A DNA stretch of 10,310 bases, from the NCBI GenBank assembly GCA_022560555.1, contig JADFSZ010000048.1, positions 1 through 10,310 on the forward strand. The letters are read 5' to 3'. The position numbers and the translations under genes are program-made. The stretch's first letter is position 1. Every line of letters begins with the position of its first letter. This document shows positions 6,708 to 10,310 of this stretch, piece by piece. A model generated the notes under the pieces. It ran no database searches, was not told where the DNA came from, and worked only from the letters and a program-made list of their open reading frames with translations. The stretch comes from PVC group bacterium. Lineage in GTDB: Bacteria > GCA-001730085 > JADFSZ01.

Positions 6708-7172
6708 CTAATCCACCTCGGCATTTTGCGTCTGGAATACACGGCGAATTTCATCCGGAGATTGTGAGTTTTTTAATTCAAGACGGTTTTTTTCGCTTTT
6801 GAGAATGCGCGCGAAGCGGGCGAGGATTTGAACGTGGAGCTTTTCTTTCCCCTCGGGAAACAGCACCATCATTATGAGATATACTTTTTGGGCGTCGATA
6901 GCCGAAAAATCAATTCCCTTGTCGGATTTGCCGATAGCCAAGGACACTTCTTCTAAGTCAGAAATATTGGCATGCGGGATGGCAAACCCTTCCCCGATAG
7001 CTGTGCTCGCCATAGATTCCCGATGCAGCAAACGTTTAAAAGTATCATCGGGATCCGTAATAAGATTTTTTTCATGGAGCAAGGATGCCAATTCTTTGAA
7101 GGCTTCATCCCTCGTTTGAGCTTGCAGGTTAATTTTAATCACGCTTTGGGCCAAGAGTTTTTGTATATCCAT
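6708..7172 (-). CDS. ptsN: PTS IIA-Ntr (fructose/nitrogen-type EIIA), 154 aa
   Basis: It has the EIIA-Ntr architecture with the phosphorylatable His in GEGFAIPHA. The SD GAGGGAAGG lies upstream of the start. Confidence 0.88.
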   Translation of the reverse strand: MDIQKLLAQSVIKINLQAQTRDEAFKELASLLHEKNLITDPDDTFKRLLHRESMASTAIGEGFAIPHANISDLEEVSLAIGKSDKGIDFSAIDAQKVYLIMMVLFPEGKEKLHVQILARFARILKSEKNRLELKNSQSPDEIRRVFQTQNAEVD

Positions 7173-7192
7173 AAGAGCCTTCCCTCAGACGA

Positions 7193-7744
7193 TTAAAAAT
7201 CCGGTTCAATGAGACCGAGATTCCCGTCTGTTCGTTTATAGACAACATTCACTTTTTCGGTTGTGGAGTTAAAAAACGTTAAAAAATCATACCCGAGGAT
7301 CTTGAGCTGTAACAACGCTTCTTCAATCCCCATCGGTTTGATGGCGAATGTTTCCGAACGAATGAGTTTAGGTATCGCGCTTGTAGTTGTTGTGTTGTCT
7401 TCCGACGCGAGAATGTTCATGCGCATATGACCGCGGAACGATTTGTGTTTTCTTTTATGATCTTTAAGTTTCTGATTATGTTTCTTTAATTGTTTTTTGA
7501 TTTTCTCAACGACAAGATCCACGGAGGCATACATGTCCTTACTTTCAGACACCCCCGTGATAAACGCGTCTTTGGTTTGCAGTGTCATTTCCGCGACATG
7601 CTGGTAGGATTTTTCTAAACTCATGATGACATGAATCGCGATGATGGGTTTGCAGTACTGTTCGAATTTTTCCGCCTTTGTCTCAATATATTTTTTAAGC
7701 GGAACCGTAAGTTTTAAATGCCGACCGGTAATTGTGATATGCAA
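7193..7744 (-). CDS. hpf: ribosome hibernation promoting factor, long form (HPF), 183 aa
   Basis: The N-terminus MHITITGRHLKLTxxLKxYIExK and the C-terminal dimerisation domain (KPMGIEEALLQLKILGYDFLTFFN...VVYKRTDGNLGLIEP) identify it. The start codon is TTG at 7744, with AGGAG 7 nt upstream. Confidence 0.9.
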   Translation of the reverse strand: MHITITGRHLKLTVPLKKYIETKAEKFEQYCKPIIAIHVIMSLEKSYQHVAEMTLQTKDAFITGVSESKDMYASVDLVVEKIKKQLKKHNQKLKDHKRKHKSFRGHMRMNILASEDNTTTTSAIPKLIRSETFAIKPMGIEEALLQLKILGYDFLTFFNSTTEKVNVVYKRTDGNLGLIEPDF

Positions 7745-7804
7745 CGGAAGACTCCTTTCTTAAACATGGGCCAAGATTGTGAATTGGGATTGCCGGATAA
7801 AATG

Positions 7805-8257
7805 CTAAAGCCGATTACCTTTCCACGGCATTCTGTAGGATTTCAGGTATTCTCGAAAAGAAAATATTTCATCTTTTGTTATGGGGTTTTCGGCAAGGAA
7901 CGCATCCCCGTCCTCTTCTAAAGGATCCATTATATCTTCTTCGAATTCATCGAGAAGGATCATAAGTTCTCGCTCATCAGAGAGAGGCCATTTTGGTTCA
8001 TAGGAAACACTTCGTCGATCTTGAGAAAGAACTTTTTCTAAAACATGGGAAATATGATCTTGAAGTTTTTCCAAATCAATGGAAAGAATTTGTTTTCTAT
8101 CAATTTTGTATATGCGATTCTTAAAAATCATAACTAAACCATGGCAATCGGTGCAATTGGATATGACAATAGCTTTTGGTCCAAATTGCGGCAATATCAA
8201 CACAGTTTGGCAATGCGGACAGGTGACGAGATTGATATCGCGGAAATAATTGCGCAT
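7805..8257 (-). CDS. hypothetical zinc-ribbon protein, 150 aa (CPHC-x18-CTDC) with an acidic C-terminal half
   Basis: This is a clean 150-aa ORF in the same orientation as the PTS operon, 60 nt upstream of hpf. Two CxxC pairs lie at residues 13-16 and 35-38. There is an acidic stretch, DEFEEDIMDPLEEDGD. No SD precedes ATG 8257 and I recognise no family. Confidence 0.6.
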   Translation of the reverse strand: MRNYFRDINLVTCPHCQTVLILPQFGPKAIVISNCTDCHGLVMIFKNRIYKIDRKQILSIDLEKLQDHISHVLEKVLSQDRRSVSYEPKWPLSDERELMILLDEFEEDIMDPLEEDGDAFLAENPITKDEIFSFREYLKSYRMPWKGNRL

Positions 8258-8316
8258 TTATGTACTTAATGAAATATTAACATGATTTACGACGGTACCT
8301 GCCTTGAACACCCTGT

Positions 8317-8345
8317 AATATATCAATTTTGGTGAGCAAAATCAA
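8317..8345 (-). promoter_or_regulatory. possible sigma70 promoter for the zinc-ribbon ORF / hpf operon
   Basis: The minus strand reads TTGATT (8345-8340), a 17-nt spacer, then TATATT (8322-8317), about 60 nt upstream of ATG 8257. This is an eye-matched motif only. Confidence 0.3.
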
Positions 8346-8478
8346 GCCTGAAAATAGGGCCGTGGGGGCTGGAACCTTGGACAATCGTATGTATAACTTC
8401 AATTTGTTAAGTATCTTAAGATAATGTTGGGCGGTGTCACAGCCTGTTTCTCAAGGAGAAGGTCCCGATGGAGGCCTA

Positions 8479-8507
8479 TTGACAAAACCGATCGACACGG
8501 AAATAAT
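8479..8507 (+). promoter_or_regulatory. possible sigma70 promoter for the LptF/G-family gene
   Basis: TTGACA (8479-8484) is followed by a 17-nt spacer and AATAAT (8502-8507). This would give a leader of only about 9 nt before ATG 8523, consistent with the lack of an SD there. Confidence 0.4.
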
Positions 8508-8522
8508 GCCCTATTCAAGCTT

Positions 8523-9617
8523 ATGAAAATCCTAAGAAAATATCTTTTGGTAGAACTGGGCCTGCCCTTCGTTATGATCCTTGCCACTCTGCTGATCCTT
8601 CTCGTTTTAACGCAGATCGTTCGTCTGGCAGACTTAGCGATTCGAAAGGGCGTTGACATATCCATTATTCTGAAGATCATTGTCTATTCGTTTCCCACGA
8701 TGCTGCCGTTTGCTCTTCCGATGGCCGTGGTGACGACTTTGTTGCTGGTGCTGGGCCGTTTGTCCAGTGACAATGAATTCTTGTTGGTTCGAGCCTCAGG
8801 GGTCAACCCCTACCTGGTCTTGATGCCGATTTTGGTTATTGGTATTCTCATGAGTTTAGGCACGTTGATATTGAACGATCAAATCCAGCCGAGAGCTCAC
8901 TTTTCCATACGGCGGCTTATTGTTCAATTAGGATACCAGAATCCGTTTGCGTTTATTGAGCCGGGAGAATTCATAGATGACTTTAATAACCATATTATCT
9001 TTGTGCAGAGCATAGAAGATAAAGTTCTGAAAAATGTGATCATTTATGAAATCCGGGAAGGCAAACAGGTTCGAACCATTCATGCCAAAGAAGGGAGGCT
9101 TTTGCCGAAACAAGAAGGCTTTGGAATCGTCTTGGCTCTTCGTGACGGATTCGCGGAGGAGCCTGATCAAATGGATCCGACCAAGACGTACACGATCCAT
9201 TTCGAAGAGTGCCCTGTCGAATTATCAATGGACGCGAGTTCAACTTCGGGGGGGAGAATCTACAAACGTTTGAAGGAGTTAACAATTGCAGAAATCAAGC
9301 GGCACATTCTCTCGTTCAAGGATAAAGTGCTCATCGACCGATACAAGACGGAGCTTCATCGAAAAATCTCAACGTCTTTTGCCGGATTCGCCCTCATGAT
9401 CATGTGTATCCCTCTTGCCATTCGGACACGGCATGGTGAAAAAAGCATCGGATTTGCGCTGTCGATCCTTGTTTTAGTCGCTTACTATACCTTATACTTT
9501 TTTTCACAAAGTTTTGCCGAAGCCGGTGTGCTGTGGCCCTGGGTTATTATGTGGGTTCCTAATACGGTTAGCGTTCTTGCGGGGTTTATTCTTTTTCGAA
9601 GGATGCTGATGCGGTGA
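8523..9617 (+). CDS. LptF/LptG-family (YjgP/YjgQ) LPS export permease, about 364 aa
   Basis: MKILRKYLLVELGLPFVMILATLLILLVLTQIVRLADL is the typical family N-terminus. Three N-terminal TM helices, a large periplasmic beta-jellyroll-like middle region and three C-terminal TM helices follow. The ORF-track start at 8424 adds 33 Arg-rich residues that overlap the putative promoter, so ATG 8523 is preferred. Confidence 0.82.
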   Translation: MKILRKYLLVELGLPFVMILATLLILLVLTQIVRLADLAIRKGVDISIILKIIVYSFPTMLPFALPMAVVTTLLLVLGRLSSDNEFLLVRASGVNPYLVLMPILVIGILMSLGTLILNDQIQPRAHFSIRRLIVQLGYQNPFAFIEPGEFIDDFNNHIIFVQSIEDKVLKNVIIYEIREGKQVRTIHAKEGRLLPKQEGFGIVLALRDGFAEEPDQMDPTKTYTIHFEECPVELSMDASSTSGGRIYKRLKELTIAEIKRHILSFKDKVLIDRYKTELHRKISTSFAGFALMIMCIPLAIRTRHGEKSIGFALSILVLVAYYTLYFFSQSFAEAGVLWPWVIMWVPNTVSVLAGFILFRRMLMR

Positions 9618-9721
9618 TATTCGCCACAGAGATTACAAAGAGCACAGAGAGAAAAAATATCAATGCCGTGAGTCTAAAATCGCAAATAAGGCGCTATCGT
9701 TCGTTTAGCTTAATGATAAGA

Positions 9722-9749
9722 TTGACAGTATTTTGAAAGACACTATAAT
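9722..9749 (+). promoter_or_regulatory. near-consensus sigma70 promoter upstream of tRNA-Leu
   Basis: TTGACA (9722-9727) is followed by a 16-nt spacer and TATAAT (9744-9749), about 40 nt upstream of the tRNA 5' end. Confidence 0.55.
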
Positions 9750-9789
9750 TGGTATCGGTTTTGGCAAAGCCGTAAGAATCCTCCTAAAA

Positions 9790-9873
9790 GCCGAGATGGC
9801 GGAATTGGCAGACGCACCAGCTTGAGGGGCTGGCGGGAGCAATCTTGTGGGGGTTCGAGTCCCCCTCTCGGCA
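9790..9873 (+). tRNA. tRNA-Leu (anticodon GAG), class II with long variable arm, CCA not encoded
   Basis: The acceptor stem is GCCGAGA/TCTCGGC with discriminator A. The D-arm GCG-GAATTGGCAGA-CGC is nearly identical to E. coli tRNA-Leu. The anticodon stem CCAGC/GCTGG carries loop TTGAGGG. A 16-nt variable arm and the T-arm GGGGG-TTCGAGT-CCCCC complete the fold. Confidence 0.92.
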
Positions 9874-9877
9874 TTTT

Positions 9878-9954
9878 TCGATAGCCGATAATCGATAACC
9901 GAGGATCGAGAATCGAAAACCGGGAATTGAGAGCCGTGATCCGTAAATCGTAAA
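9878..9954. repeat. 11 tandem degenerate heptamers (consensus YCGRRAA)
   Basis: The units are tcgatag, ccgataa, tcgataa, ccgagga, tcgagaa, tcgaaaa, ccgggaa, ttgagag, ccgtgat, ccgtaaa and tcgtaaa. A CG dinucleotide falls exactly every 7 nt from 9879 to 9949, with one TG exception at 9928. All three minus-strand frames stay open, as expected for a repeat. Confidence 0.85.
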
Positions 9955-9975
9955 AACAATACAAACGAGGGGCAT

Positions 9976-10310
9976 ATGAAAAAAATTCTTTGGATGATAG
10001 GAGTTTTTGTTTTAGTTTTGAATTCCTTTGTTTTTGCGGCCGACGGAGAAGGTGTTTACGGCTCACGGAGTTTGATTCACGATGACACGGGGCATCATGA
10101 TGAAATTCATTTGCATGAAGTGGGAATCGGCGGCGGGTACGGATTTGGTGATCTCAAGAGTAATCAGGGGGATTTTGAGGTATTTCCGATTTTTCTTCAT
10201 TTTGGTTTTGACATCAATTCGCTTGTGGGGCTCGAAGACCATGAAGGAACTTTGCTGTTTGCGGTAGAACCTTTTGTCAATCCTGTTTCGGATCCAAGTG
10301 GAGTTGAAGC
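9976..10310 (+). CDS. secreted or outer-membrane protein, 5' partial (runs off the window); possibly a PagL-like acyloxyacyl hydrolase beta-barrel
   Basis: This ORF is not in the supplied track because no stop falls inside the window. I translated it by hand: MKKILWMIGVFVLVLNSFVFA|ADGEGVYGSRSLIHDDTGHHDEIHLHEVGIGGGYGFGDLKSNQGDFEVFPIFLHFGFDINSLVGLEDHEGTLLFAVEPFVNPVSDPSGVE, with no stops. The SD GAGGGG lies 4 nt upstream and there is a clear signal peptide. Alternating aromatic/Gly strands suggest an OM beta-barrel. The family assignment is from memory and is weak. Confidence 0.65.
   Translation, partial: MKKILWMIGVFVLVLNSFVFAADGEGVYGSRSLIHDDTGHHDEIHLHEVGIGGGYGFGDLKSNQGDFEVFPIFLHFGFDINSLVGLEDHEGTLLFAVEPFVNPVSDPSGVE

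Noticed and set aside
7745-8420. I searched for a sigma54 promoter (TGGCAC-N5-TTGC) upstream of hpf and of the zinc-ribbon ORF, given the usual rpoN linkage.
   Set aside because: Only poor partial matches were found (for example CTGGAACCTTGGACAA and TTGGCCCATGTTTAAG), and they lack the GG-N10-GC spacing. No call was made.
8399-8680. Two items are considered here: ORF 8399-8680(-), 93 aa, and the 33-aa N-terminal extension of the LptF/G ORF starting at 8424.
   Set aside because: The minus ORF is Arg-rich and antisense to the conserved LptF/G N-terminus. The extension (MLGGVTACFSRRRSRWRP...) is not family-like and overlaps the putative -35/-10 boxes. ATG 8523 gives the canonical MKILRKYLL start.
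9705-10066. Three overlapping minus-strand ORFs (84, 107 and 63 aa) span the tRNA-Leu and the heptamer array.
   Set aside because: They run antisense through a well-folded tRNA gene and a tandem repeat. Repeats lacking stop triplets keep all frames open, and the peptides are just repeat translations (RLSIIGYR and similar).
10082-10267. ORF 10082-10267(+), 61 aa.
   Set aside because: It is out of frame within the longer open frame starting at ATG 9976, which has an SD and a signal peptide.
1-10310. I looked for a CRISPR array, transposase, integrase, toxin-antitoxin pair or known defence-system genes.
   Set aside because: There is no regularly spaced direct-repeat/spacer pattern and no ORF with recombinase, nuclease, ATPase-defence or TA hallmarks. 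The only tandem repeat is the heptamer array, which has no spacers.

Overview
All calls come from reading the sequence and recognising motifs; no searches were run. The core of the window is a compact minus-strand regulatory PTS operon, hpf-ptsN-hprK-rapZ-ptsH-ptsI (7744 down to 2757). It has tight or overlapping gene junctions and strong Shine-Dalgarno (SD) sites. The operon runs directly into a tmRNA gene (ssrA, 2780 down to 2424, tag ANNEALALAA). The ssrA promoter and 5' end lie inside the last codons of ptsI. Left of the ssrA 3' end are a GC-richer 4-TM membrane ORF, a 358-nt ORF-poor gap with a long imperfect hairpin, and a 76-aa ORF. That ORF starts like an HU DNA-binding protein and then switches to an unrelated Gly/aromatic-rich tail. 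The far left is AT-rich, with a methionyl-tRNA formyltransferase gene (fmt) and Bacteroidota-style expression signals. The window therefore appears to join two different genomic styles at about nt 1227, by chimeric assembly, a recombination scar or an island edge. Right of the operon are a 150-aa CxxC...CxxC zinc-ribbon ORF in the position where rpoN often sits, a divergent LptF/LptG-family permease, tRNA-Leu(GAG) with a consensus promoter, 11 phased degenerate heptamers, and a 5'-partial secreted protein. I found no CRISPR array, transposase, integrase or recognisable defence gene. The most unusual items are the HU-like hybrid ORF and junction, the ssrA/ptsI overlap with a possible island remnant, the heptamer array, a 22-bp perfect palindrome in ptsH, and loss of the catalytic His in Fmt.
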